Part shown: positions 1-42,305 of the stretch, piece after piece | Position numbering within the stretch: the stretch's first letter is position 1 | Layout of the letters: every line of letters starts with the position of its first letter | Origin: Eledone cirrhosa | Taxonomy: Eukaryota | NCBI GenBank assembly: GCA_964016885.1 | Contig: OZ024740.1 | Span: 71,734,001-71,798,000, forward strand | Direction: 5' to 3' | DNA length: 64,000 nt | The notes under the pieces: model-generated | The model's input: only the letters and a program-made list of their open reading frames with translations | Databases searched by the model: none | What the model was told of the DNA's origin: nothing | Made by a program: the position numbers and the translations under genes

Positions 1-63
1 TCTTCGCCGTCAAACCCACAAACTACTGCCCGCAACGAAAAAGAGAGGAAAATGATCCAATAC

Positions 64-243
64 CAGGCATTGACTGGTTATTTCCTTTTTGCGCCGGACG
101 ATATTGAGACTTCCGATGTCCTCGGTCCCTGGACTATCATTTTCCTTTGCTAAATCGGGAGGATCATATCTGAGGAAGAGATCCTGGTGGAATGGCTTAT
201 GTAGCCGGTATCGCTGGCTATTTGCCGGCAGTGTTTTCACCAT
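64..243 (-). CDS. Possible first coding exon of an unidentified divergent gene (MVKTLPANSQRYRLHKPFHQDLFLRYDPP...)
   Basis: GC-richer than flanks; aagATGG context at 243; candidate acceptor atacag at 313-318 and donor CTG|GTATTG at 63; protein not recognised, could be UTR. Confidence 0.3.
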
Positions 244-519
244 CTTGTCCGCTGGCTGCTGCTGAAATATGCAGCCTAGCCGAGAGTATAGGTTTCCTCC
301 TCCCCTTTACACCTGTATATGTGTATTTGAATAAAATATATTGTCGTTTAGCCCCAGGTCAGTCCTGACTGAACAGCAGATCAATGATCAAAACGCTTCG
401 TATATCAAGAACAACATTTCCAACAAATGTTTCTAAGACGGTAGTGTGATTTGAAGAAGATTTAGCTGTTATGTCTAGCAGTTCGAGCAACAGCGTAAAA
501 GCCTCTATCAAGCATCATC

Positions 520-724
520 AATAATTGACTGTATCGGTCGCCGACTCCCAGCCCATTAGCGCAGTTCAGAGCGGACATTTCAATGAATGAAACAAAATTT
601 GCAGGAGAACTCTCCTAACTCTTAGAAAAAAAAAGAGCCGAAAGTTAAATGAAAATGGCGCAGTATCTGTAAGATCTATTTAGCGGCGGAACATACACCA
701 TTTGTGTTTGATATATATATTCTG
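520..724 (+). promoter_or_regulatory. Putative DDX42 promoter / non-coding first exon
   Basis: CpG-containing patch, YY1-like AAAATGGCG at 652-660, candidate donors CT|GTAAGA (669) and CTG|GTGAGC (725); the start-codon exon at 6848 has an acceptor and so needs an upstream exon. Confidence 0.45.
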
Positions 725-1651
725 GTGAGCTTTTTAGACTTTATTTATTGTACACTGGAAACTAACCCATCTGGGAAAATACTGAATGCACTATACCCAT
801 AATTGGATTTATACAGAAATGCTGTCGTTAATATTTAATCCATGTATCGTTGTGCCAGTGTTGAAATTATAGCTTGTGTAAGCTGTTCTTTCCAATAATT
901 CTTGTTAAATATTTTTTCTCCGCCTCACCCACCGATATGTATCAACAGTACATTTTCTAAAATCGTTTTCTTTTTCTTATTTCAACTTCCACTCATTAAA
1001 TGAATACTAATTGGGTAGATGATTTGATCATATACCGGATAAAGAATTCAATAAACAACAGATTCGTATATTTCTATAAATATCGATTACCTTCAATTTG
1101 TATCTAAATCAGTTGCTTCGTTCGATGTATCTCTATATTATATCTTTTTACAAGATAAATATGTTTTTTTTAAAATATTTTAAGAGCCACTAGAAACCTA
1201 ATATAATTTTATTGGATACTTCGATTTAAAAAAAAAATATTTCCTTGTTCTTATTTTGGTAATATCTCGTAAATTTTTGCCGCAACTTTATTTTGCATAT
1301 AAATAAACATAGTTTTACTCTTTGATTCATCAATAGCACTGTTTGAATATAACTTTGACAGAATCATCTATTTTCATTTTAAATCTGAAAAAGTTGTACA
1401 AATTTACTAAGCTTCAATGTTGTAGGATAAAATTTCAACATCTTAAAAAATATTAAATAAAGATCAATCCATCAATAATGTTTAAATATCCATCACATTG
1501 AAGGATAAACATATATATAATCTATTTTTTTTTTAATCTAAAAAATGTAGAAATTTATTAAGCATGAGTGGTGTAGAATAGAATGCCAATTGTTGGTTAC
1601 AAGATCCAAAACCATTTAACATTGCCAATTTAGTTCTACTGCCGTCTAAAT

Positions 1652-1884
1652 CAGCGGTTCCCAACCTTTTTCTACCAAGGATCCCTTTTATTTAAATGGA
1701 TTTTCCCACTGACTCCCTGGTATAATTACTCCTGTCCTAAATTATTATACAGCGATAATAATAACCGAAAGAGAGAAATGTTTATACTTAGAAAATAATG
1801 GATACCCAATAGTGTGTATATATTGTTTGTAACAATACTTGAAATGTGGAAATTAACTAATGTACCCCAGGTTGGGAACCGCCG
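1652..1884. mobile_element. hAT (Charlie-like) MITE
   Basis: TIRs CAGCGGTTCCCAACCT / AGGTTGGGAACCGCCG; degenerate 8-bp flanks GTCTAAAT / GATTAAAG. Confidence 0.75.
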
Positions 1885-3479
1885 GATTAAAGTTTTCCGT
1901 CGTTGAGAAATAATCTCCCCGCTCCTTCAATGTGAAGTTTATTTTCAAACTTAAATTATCAAATAATAACTACATCTCTAAAATATTGTTGTTGTTTAGC
2001 TCCAGGTCAGTCTTGATCAAGCAACCGTGTGGTCAAAAGCAAAGACACTCCAGTTATGGCCATCCCGTCTTTTATTCAGTGGTAGTGTGTCTAGGATGAC
2101 ATTACCCGATCTTTTCTTTTTTTTTAAAGAATAGGAAGATTTAGCCGGTATTTCTAGCAAGTTTAGCGTCTATATAAAAAAGCTTTCTCGTTGTTATTTA
2201 TGCACTACAGTGATTTCCTTTTACTAATTATACGTTAATATTTTACATAAATCCATGAATTTAATTCTTTTTTTTTAATTTTCTACTATAAGCACACACA
2301 CACACACACACACATGTGTATCGATTAAACCTAAATATATATATCATTGTTTAACGTCTGTTTTCCCTGCTAGTAAGGGTTGGACATGTCACAGACAGGT
2401 CAGTACTCAAACAGAGCCTGACCTCCAGGTGGGTTGTGGATTCGACATACAATCCCGCGGTTTACCAAATGCAATTTATTGTGGCACCAATACTTGGGGA
2501 GGTTGTCACGTCCTTGGCATAGCTTCTTGAGTCTTCTTGACTACTTGTTTGGAAAGTTTTCTGTGGCTGTATGCCCTTCCAATCACCAACCTTTACAGAG
2601 TGTACTGGGTAATAGTTTATCATGTAAATCACCAAACACACATATATTATCGTTAGTATTAATACACTGTATAGTAAGAAAAGAGTTTTTTTTTAACCTT
2701 AAGTCTAGTTGATCTAGCTGCTACCATTCTGTCCTTTTAGGGATATCTAGAAATACAGTATTTACTGTATGCTTTCGATTTTTTTAAAGATAGAAAGGCG
2801 TTATTGATTTGAGGGAAATTTTGCTGCTATTTCTGGCAGAATAAACAAGGTAACTCCCACTTTGTTTTCTTAGTTTAATGGTATATTTAAACCTGGTGGA
2901 TGCAGTATCATAAAATGGTTAAGGAGTCCTCTTTGCAATCATTTAGTCCCATTTTGATCTCACTGTGTAGCCTCTTGGACAAGTGTCATTTACTATAGCC
3001 TCAGGTTGACACAAGCCTCGTGATTGAATTTGGGTAGATGGAGATTGTTTGGAAGCTCAGTGGATGGACAATACCTGTAATTCAAAGGGCCAGCCTTGTC
3101 ACATAAGTGTCATACATAATTTCCCTAAGAATTACGTGAAGTGTACACATGTCTGGAATGCTCAGTCATGTTAATTTCATGAGCTGGTCGATTCATTCAT
3201 TGAACAACTGGAATATATATCATCGAAACTGATTCTGTTTTAGCCTAATAATTGTAATGTTTTACTCTGATTAAAATGCTTCAGAGAACAATTTTCCTTC
3301 TACTCTACGTAAAGTAAGGTAAAAAGAAAAAGAAGAAAACCATACTGTTTAGTGTCATACTTCAAATGACACCCCATGAAAATGTTATTTTACTTTGCTA
3401 GGTCAAGATGGAATATCTAATTCAATCATAAATGAAACAATAGTGCTAAACTTATTTAATAGTATAATTCAATTTCAAC

Positions 3480-3825
3480 ATCATCCAGATATATGGAAAT
3501 TTACCCATACGTTAGTTGATCTCATAATTCATATTTACATCTTGAGTTATTTCCATTTGTTTTTTGACGTTAACTTTTGTAAACATGCATTCTTAGCAAA
3601 TTTTACTTTTAACGGTATCTTATAAACTCGCATTAGAGCCCGAAGAAAGGTCACTATTTTGATGCCTCTTGTTTTCTGGAGGTATGGTCAAGTTTGGACC
3701 TTGAAACCTTGGGTAGCGCTTTTGTTCCGTGTATGAACATAAATAAATAATGTGATATTTCTGCTCTCTTCTCGATTGAGCACCGTTTTTATTTCTCCTT
3801 TTTACATCTACCGATATTGATACTC
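3480..3825 (+). mobile_element. Penelope-like 3' remnant with a degenerate hammerhead
   Basis: AGAGC-CCGAAGA-AAGGTC...GACCTT-GAAA-CCTTGGG-TA-GCGCT at 3635-3720, then AATAAA, a T-rich extension and (CA)n(TA)n. Confidence 0.5.
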
Positions 3826-3852
3826 ACACACACACACATATATATATATAAA

Positions 3853-5350
3853 CCATGTATAGAGGAGCAGTCAACAAAGTTAGGATTAACAATAACTATA
3901 GCGAAGAATTTAGCATGCAAGTAGGTGTCCTGTTTATTATCGTCCTGTCGGCCATTATTGAGGAGTTTAAAACTGGCTAACCATGGGAACTCCTGTATGC
4001 AGATGATCTAATACTTATAGCTGAATCTATGGCAGAATTAGAGAAGAAATTCCAAATCTGGAAGCATGGCCTAGAATCAATGGGTCTTAAAGTCAACTTG
4101 ACAAAGACTAAGGTGCTAGTAAGTAGAAGAGAAAACAGGGCCCAGATTCCCTCAGAGAAATGGCCTTGCTCAGTGTGTAGGAAAGGCATAGGTAAAAATT
4201 CCATCCTCTGTCCCAAATGGAAACTATGGGTATACAAGAGATGTAGTGGGATCTCAGGTAAGTTAGCCAAGAACATAGGTTTTACATGTTGCCATTGCAC
4301 TGGGGCAGTAAGCAGCAAGCATGCACTATCAAGTCACCTGGGTGACCAAATCAGTAGTGTAGGTGGGTGTTCTGAAAGTATTGTAGCCAGAGTCAGAATG
4401 GTATGGAAAAAGTTCAGTGTGCTAATACTGCTGCTAGCTACTAAAGGTTTTTCCCTCAAAATGAAGGGCAGATTGTATGATGCGTGAATTACGAACAGCA
4501 ATGTTGTATGGTAGTGAGGCTTGGGTGCTGTATACAGAGGACCTGCGAAGATTGGAAAGAAATAAAGCTTGTATGCTTCAGTGGATACATAATAGTAATA
4601 TACATAAATGGTAAAGCATAAATGAACTGTAAGAGAAATGGCATAAAAGGAATCGGATGCAGTGTGCAGGAGGGGGGATTGCATTGGTATGGACATGTTA
4701 TGCGTATGAAGGATGACAGCTGTATAAAAAGGTGCAGGGTGCTCAAAGTTGATGAAAGCTATGGTATAGGAAGACTTGGGATGAGGTGATAAAAGCTGAC
4801 CTTGCACAATTGCACCTCTCAAAGGTGATGACACAGGATTGAGATCTTTGGCATTATACAGTAATACAGAAGGCCTTCCTTCCCATGTGCACAAGTTAAA
4901 ACATGCATCTAGTATGCACCACTTTTTCCTACTTTCCCCTCCTTCCATATACTTCACGTCCTAACACCCCACCATTCACCTATGTCCCTACACCCCACCC
5001 TAGATCTACCTCTCCAATCCCCATGAACCTCCCTCACACCAGCCCCAGTTAAGTGGTTGTTTTGGTGTCATGACAAAAAGCGTCCAGCTCACACTATAAA
5101 GTGATCATGTTGCTGATATGACCAAAAGGGTTCAGTCCACACTGTAAAGTGGTCGTGTAGGTGCCACGACAAAAAGCACCCAGTATACACTGTAAGTGGG
5201 GTTAGCATTAGGAAGGGCATCCAGCCGTAGATACCAAGCCAGAATCAGTTCTGTATGAGCAAGACAGTCATCTGATCTGGCTTGTCTCACAACAGGGTAA
5301 TTTGTCTAATTTAGCCTAGCATGGAAAAATGGATGTTAAATGATGATGAT
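3853..5350 (+). mobile_element. 5'-truncated, decayed RTE LINE copy
   Basis: PWELLYADDL, WPCSVCRKG finger and C-terminal domain match the 58-61 kb element; ends in (TGA)n. Confidence 0.9.
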
Positions 5351-5431
5351 GAGGATCATCATCATCATACGTCTATTTTTTTCCCCATTTCCCTTGCTGG
5401 CATTGGTTGGGCAGGTTGTCACAGACCATGT

Positions 5432-6300
5432 TCATCATCATCACCATCATCGTTTAACGTCTATCTTCCACGCTAGCATGGGTTAGACGGGAATTGTCCC
5501 ACTTGAGGCAAGATTGGTCGGGTGACCGTGTCTCGCTCGTATAAGACTATCTGGCAGGTTTTCTACGGCTAGATGCCCTTCCTAACACCAACCACATTTA
5601 CAGTGTGGACTGGGAGCTTTTTACCGTGTTACCTACACGGCCACATTACAGCATAGACTGTGTGTTTTTGTAGTAACACCTACACAACCTCATTATTTTG
5701 GACTGGATGTTGTGGTACCAACATAACTTTACAGAGAGAGGTTGGTGGGAGTGGGAGGATTGGGTAGGGTAGTGAATTGGGGTGTATATTTGGTTAAGAG
5801 GTGACTACTGACTGTAGGTTTCGCTATGTACACAGGCAAGGCGAGTCTTCTGTATTACTGTGTAGCGCCAAAGATCTTGGTCCAGTGATATTGTCTTAGA
5901 GAGGTGCAAGTGTGTAAGGTCGGAATTTATCAAATCGTCCCAGGTTTTTCTGGGTCTACCTACTCCGTAACTTCCATTAATTTAATTCGCCCTGTACTTT
6001 TTTATACAGCTGTCATCTTTCATGCGCATCACGTGACCATTCCAACGTAGTCTTCTCTTGAGTAAACAGCATCTGATCCCTCCTATTCCTAATTTCTCAC
6101 TTAGTTCATTTATGTTTTGCCGTTCGTGTATATTACTATTACACATCCAACGGAGCAAGCATGCTTCGATCCTTTCCAGTCTGCACAGGTCCTCTGCACA
6201 CAATGCCCATGTCTCACTCCCATGTAGCATTGCTGTTCGTATACATGCATCATACAATCTGCCTTTCATTTTTAGAGAGAAACCTTTTGTAGCCAACAGC
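5432..6300 (-). mobile_element. 5'-truncated RTE LINE copy
   Basis: ATKGFSLKMKGRLYDACIRTAMLHGSETW... plus 3' UTR and tail on the minus strand. Confidence 0.9.
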
Positions 6301-6871
6301 GTATAAGCTCTCTCTCTATATATATTTATATGCCAGCATGGGAAAAAAATGGATAGTGAGACAAATGTAGAAGTAATTAGCTAGGCATACACCCTTATAT
6401 CTAGCAGTCATTGACCACATTTCCATGCTTTATTTCCTGGTCACTATGGAAACTAGAGGTAGATGAATAGCTTGTGAGGGCTGTGCAATTCATGTACCCA
6501 GGTGTAGTTCAGTAATGTGAGAGTGAGCAAAGAATTCAGCAATTAATTTATTGTGCAGCTAGGAGGCTCATCATGACTCAGGCCTCAGTTCCTCCTGTTT
6601 GTCATTGTTCTCCAGGCCATAGCAGAGCAGTTTCAGATCTGCAGTCAAATTACTGAAATTAGTAAAAGAAAATAATGTATGTATGTGTGTGCATCTGTCT
6701 GTGTGTGTATGTATGTCTATCTTTGTGTGTGTATGTATGTCTATCTTTGTGTGTGTCTGTGTGTGTGTATATGTATGTCTGTGTGTGTATATATGTGTGT
6801 CTGTGTGTATACATAAACATAACTTTTAAGTTCTGTTTTTTAATAAGGAAAGGACATCACTCTTGAAAGAC

Positions 6872-36713
<29,842 letters not shown>

Positions 36714-36873
36714 ATTCATGTATTTTCTGTCTTTTTTTTTCTCAATTGAAAGCAAAATGCTTCTGATACTATCAAACATGATACATTTTGTTGCCCAGTT
36801 ACTCACAATGAACTAAAATGGGACACTAGTACAAAACCTGCCTTTATTACAGTGTCTGTTTTCTTTCTTAGTC

Positions 36874-36879
36874 AATAAA
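36874..36879 (+). terminator. Candidate DDX42 polyadenylation signal
   Basis: AATAAA about 160 nt after the stop, followed by T-rich sequence. Confidence 0.5.
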
Positions 36880-39800
36880 TCCATCAATCTTTGCTTTTCT
36901 ATTAACATCTCTGGTTTTAACCTGAATATTTCTTGCAGAAATTCATAAAATTTTACTTTTTTTATCACCTTTTCTGTTCTCACTCTGTATATTTCTTACA
37001 AAAAGTTCATAAATCTTTGTAGTTTATATGAAGCATTGTGAAATATAAGGTTATAATTGTTTTGGGAAAGGTAGTATAATTCAAGTTAGAAATACCAGAG
37101 TGAAAACTAGAATAGAGCCCTGCTTTACTTTTCCATGGTATATTTCTACCACTAGATGCCCATCCTGATGCCAACCCTACTGAAAAGTATTGTAGAGATT
37201 CACTGTCTTAATGGTGTGTTGGAGGCAAAGTCATCATCATCATCATTTCATTTTACGTCCGCTTTTTCCCTGCTTGCACACATACAAATGACAGGCTTTC
37301 ACAGAGAATCTATCTACCAAATTCACTCACAAGTCATTGGTCAACCCGAGGTTATAGTAGAAGACACTTGCCCAAGGTGCTATGAGGCAAGATTGAGCCC
37401 AAAATGATATACTTTATAAGTGAACGTCTAAAATACTATGATAAACAAGTTTACACTTTTACGTTATATTTTGAGGTTAGGACCTCTTTTTCAAAAGAAA
37501 AGAACTAGAGTGGTGATGTTGATGAGGAGCAGTGCATTATTGCATAGAAATTGGGTCGGAGGATTGAAAGATTGGTGACATGGGCAGTAGTGCACTGCTC
37601 ATTTTCAACACCACACTATTTTGTTGCTTATGAAAAAGAATTCCTAACCTTGAAGTGTCATGAAATATAATCTAAAACTATAAACTGTTTTGTTTAACTT
37701 ACTTTACTAGAGTTTTCACTCTTGTATTTCTAACTTACATTGTACTGGCTTTCCCTAAACAGTCTTAACTTCCTAAATCTTTACTTTCGTCTATCACCTT
37801 CTCTGTTCTAAACCTGTATATTTTTTACAGACCCATCTCTTTCATTCACTCCCACAAAATTTCCCTCTCCTCCTGGCTTCATTCCTTAAAATGTTTATCT
37901 TCCAAATCACCCTTCTCCTCCTTCCTATTAATTCACCACAATATTGTAAATACAATTGAATTGAATGCATTTATATTTTCTGAAAAATATGAAATTGTAA
38001 ATAGATTATCCATTTAGGATCACCTGCATGTTTTAGAAGGCATATGGCCTAGTGGTTAGGATGTTGGGCATACAATTGTTATTTTGTGGGCTTGATTCCT
38101 GAAATGTGGGAGCAAAACACTTAATTTGACTGTGCTCCAGTCAACTCAACTAAAAATGAGTACCAACAGTATTAGCTGAGAGTTAACCCTGTTATGGACT
38201 GGCATCCTATCCAGAGAAGGGTCATCTACCCTGTCACTTAATCAGCAGTACTAGCTGGTGGTTAACCCTGCAATGGGTTGGTGTCTTGTCCAGGGAAGAG
38301 TCATCCACTCTCAGTCACTTAACTAACAGTATGAGCTGGTGGTTAACCCTCAATGGACTGGCATCCTGTCCAAGAGAGAGTCATCTACTCTATCACTTAA
38401 TGCCAAGGAAACCAGGATAAGCTCTGGCCTGAATTTGGGACAGATTTTAAACTAACCTTTAACATATTTTAGAATTACATGTAGATATTATGAAGGACAT
38501 AACAGTAGGTATTACATATACACATCCTTGGTGCTCAGATTTTTCTTTTTACCCATCACCTGCTTCCATGTTAATTTAATTATCATACCATGTTTTGTAA
38601 TTACTACCATGTATTTGTGATAATTAGTAGTATTTCAGGTATATATGATTTTTGAATTTGAAATATTTATTTCAGGTGTTTCTTGTTCTGTGTGAAGGCA
38701 CATAGCTTAGTGATTAGGGTACTCAGCTCATGATCATAAGGTTGTGAGTTCCATTTCTGACAGCACATTGTGTCCTTGAGCAAGTTACTTTATATCATGT
38801 TGCTCCAGTCCATTCAATTGTGAAAAATGGACTGTACCTGTAATTCAAAGGGTCAACTGTATCACATACTGTGCTACAGTGATTCTCCTTGAGAACTGTG
38901 TTAAGGGTACACATGTTTGTGGACTGCTCAGCCATTTGTACATACATTTCATGAGCAGGCTGTTTTGTTGTTTGAATGAACTGGTACATTGATTGTCAAA
39001 AACCAACACTCCAACACTCACAAAATGAACTTAGCCATGATGCAGTTACACCACAGTTCTTCCCATGGTGGTTGATAAGGTAAGGCAGGCAGTTTAAAAT
39101 GCAAGATCAAGTTGGATCTTGAACTAATATCTGGTCTTCTAATATCATAACTGCTTGACAATATCCACAAAGGACATCTATGATGGATGCACTGGTTGGA
39201 GCCAGGCATATTTGGTGTTCACCATTGGAATCATGACTGGCTGACAATATCCACTCGAGATGTCTGTGATTGCTGTACATGGGTGACTTCTGTTGGAGTC
39301 ACCATGTATGGTGTCAACTGTTGGAATCATGACAGGCTTATAATATCCACATTGGACATCTGTGATTGCTATGTGTGGTCAGTCTCTGTTTGTGATGTTG
39401 TGAATGTGCTGGTTGGAGCCAGTTCAACTCATCCTGTGTGAATATTGACATAAGTACAAGTCAGTGAAGGTTGAAGGTATTGTAGTCTGATGCTATTGTT
39501 TCCAGAAGGATCTCTTTGGGAAGGCTATTCTTGTGTGATGAGGTGTCCTACTATAACATCACATCATTACACAATGCTCCTGGATGAATATAAACATTTT
39601 AACAGCTTCTCTTAAATCAATAGAAACCTTCAAATCAATTGTGATTGATGAAACTAAAATATATTATCAAGTTTTTTCTTCAACTACCTTGTCTTGAAAT
39701 CTAATTGTTAGTAATCATTTTAGAGGTGAGCTCCCTGTAAACTGAATCTCCAGTTCAGCCCAGTTTTATTTCATAATTGTAACCACTTCACTTCCATTGC

Positions 39801-40113
39801 TAATATGCTCAACAAAACAAAAGCATGAATGTCAAATAACATGCTACCCTCTTACATCACCATCTTCCATATAAATCTCAATTGTTGTATATGTAATGGG
39901 CACTTGTATGTCTCTCTAAGGAACAATATCCAATAAATCTTTGTGTTTTGTTTGTTTGTCATTTTAAAAGTATTTTATGGTACATTGTATAAACACACTA
40001 GTGGCTCAATGTTTAGTCTTTCGGACACATATAATGCTGAAATTTCTCTATGATTTTTACTTTATAGAAAATAAAATACTTTCAACATTTCTCAAATGTC
40101 CCCAAATTTATTA

Positions 40114-40580
40114 CCATATTTTCTTGTGTATAATAAGAGAAATTTTGAACAAAATATTAAAGGCAAAAAAAGTGGGTGGTCCTAAAAATAAACACGAGTA
40201 TCTATTTTCAAGAATTTTTACTGGGCTGAAAAAGACTCATTTCAAATAAGAATTAGTAACAATTGTTTACAAATGGCATTTGATATACCAACAATATTTG
40301 TTATTTGGGAATCAGTATAATTGAGTGGCACTTGTTTCAAACTTGTTTTGAAACAGGAAGTATAAGCCTGCTTCTACACAAAGTGCCAAATATCTGGTTG
40401 TTTTATATTCTTTAACATCATAAGAAAATAAGTATTGAAATATGTGAGATCAGGATTTTGATGTGGATAACATGAAACAAGTTTACAAAACATTTACTGA
40501 CATAGCTGTACTCCAGGGTAATTTATTCACATTTTTTAAGCTTCAGAAATAGGGGCTGTATTATACTCAAAGAAATATGG
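40114..40580. mobile_element. pogo/Tc2-like MITE
   Basis: Imperfect TIRs CCATATTTTCTTGTGTATAATA / TATTATACTCAAAGAAATATGG with TA flanks. Confidence 0.65.
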
Positions 40581-40992
40581 TAATAACAAATTGTAGTTTG
40601 TATTTGTTTTTATGATAATAAAGATCAATTCTAAATGGCTATCACTCCCTTCCCAGTAATTTGATGTCATTTTCTGAATAAAACTAAAAGAAAACATTAC
40701 ACTTATAAAGCATGTTGTGCATGAAAATAAATACTTCAGCCACAACAATTTTTTGTAGAGCTGAGGAAGAATTTTAGAGTAATGTAATCTCGTGACTTTT
40801 TAAAAATAACCTTTGCCTTACCATATTTCTAATGAAAAACAGTCTCTTATTTTCAACTCATTTGAAAAATAATCAAAGAGGGTTTAATTAATATAACTAA
40901 CATTCCCAATATTAAGCTGGTGTTTGGAGCATAACTTAAAGGTTCTTGCATAAAATTATGGTGGAAGGATTTTCGGCATCATTATTTAACCA

Positions 40993-41180
40993 AGGGCGGT
41001 GGATTGGCAGTATCGGTAGGGGGTCGGATGCCATGCTTTCCAGCATAGAGTTACGGCCCTTGCCATTCTGAGTTCAAATCCCGCCGAGGTTAACTTTGCC
41101 TTTCATCCTTACGGGGTCGATAAAATAAAGTACCAGTAATACACTGGGTAATTGCTGGCCTTGTGCCTAATGTAGAAATA
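40993..41180 (+). mobile_element. Same SINE family, full copy with TSD
   Basis: 12-bp TSD ATTATTTAACCA at 40981-40992 and 41181-41192. Confidence 0.85.
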
Positions 41181-41539
41181 ATTATTTAACCATTTCATTA
41201 CCATATTTCTAATAAAAGACACTGGTTATTTGTAACTTATTTTGAAAATAATACAAAAAAAATTTTGAGAGATTTAGTATTATAAGTTGGTGCTTGGAAC
41301 ATAAAGGTTCTTCCATAAAATTATGAAGTAATGTTTCTAGATAAATATAAAAACACTGGACTGTATGTAAAAGAGATTCAGGCCCCCAGCCCATCTGAGA
41401 GGTCAGAAGTCCTGTTTGATTACTGACTTGGTCGGAACACCCATCTTACACTTATTAAATGATGATGATAAACCATTTAAAATATACAGTTTAAAAAGTG
41501 GCTAATTGGCAGTCATTAGAACATTGGATAGAACACTAA

Positions 41540-42305
41540 TATCAAGAAGTCTTCTTGTGAATGTGATCTGGGCATTACGGTCAGCAGCGATTTGCATTGG
41601 ACGAAGCACATCTCTAAAATTGTCAAGAGGGCCGAGGGTGTCTTAGCATCACTCAGCAAGACCTTTGTCAGCTGCTCTCCAGCCATCTATTTAAAGCTGT
41701 ATACAGCTATAGTGCGGCTACACTTAGAATTTGCATCACCAGTCTGGAACCCCTATCTTGCTCAGAACATTGACCGCCTAGAAACTGTTTAGAGACGTGC
41801 AACCAAGTGAATACCCTCCATCAGGCATCTACCATACTTTGAAAGCCTTGCTTCCCTGGGCATGGATACATTGAAGCTCTGACGTTTGGCAACTGGCTTG
41901 GTAAACATCCACAAAATTATTAACCATCTTGCCAACAACAACCCTGAGTACCTTTTTGATTTCCATGTGTCTAACACACGTGGACATGCCCACAAAGTCA
42001 GAAAACAGCACAGTTCCCATGACTTTCGGAAGCATTTTTTCATGCTCAGAGTTGCTGAAGCATGGAACAAACTATGTGCTTCAGTTATTAGCTTTTGAGA
42101 CACTGCATACTTTAAAACCTCCAGGCTTCCTGAGATTCGCCAACGCTACACCTAATATTCCCCCTCCATACACATGCACACATGTATATCATGACTCATA
42201 CACTATTCACTTCCCCAACATTTGTATATTATTCTATGTACTATACATGCACCTTTGATGAGTTGTAGTGCACTTGAGCACTTTACACAATTTCATTATT
42301 ATTAT
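41540..42305 (+). mobile_element. CR1/L2-group LINE 3' fragment (partial second copy 42388-42642)
   Basis: DLGITVSSDLHW, LEFASPVWNPY, TRGH, FFMLRVAEAWNKL; (ATT)n tail. Confidence 0.85.

Noticed and set aside
709-724. Non-AUG or editing-created start for DDX42
   Set aside because: Unnecessary once the in-phase ATG exon at 6848-6929 was found.
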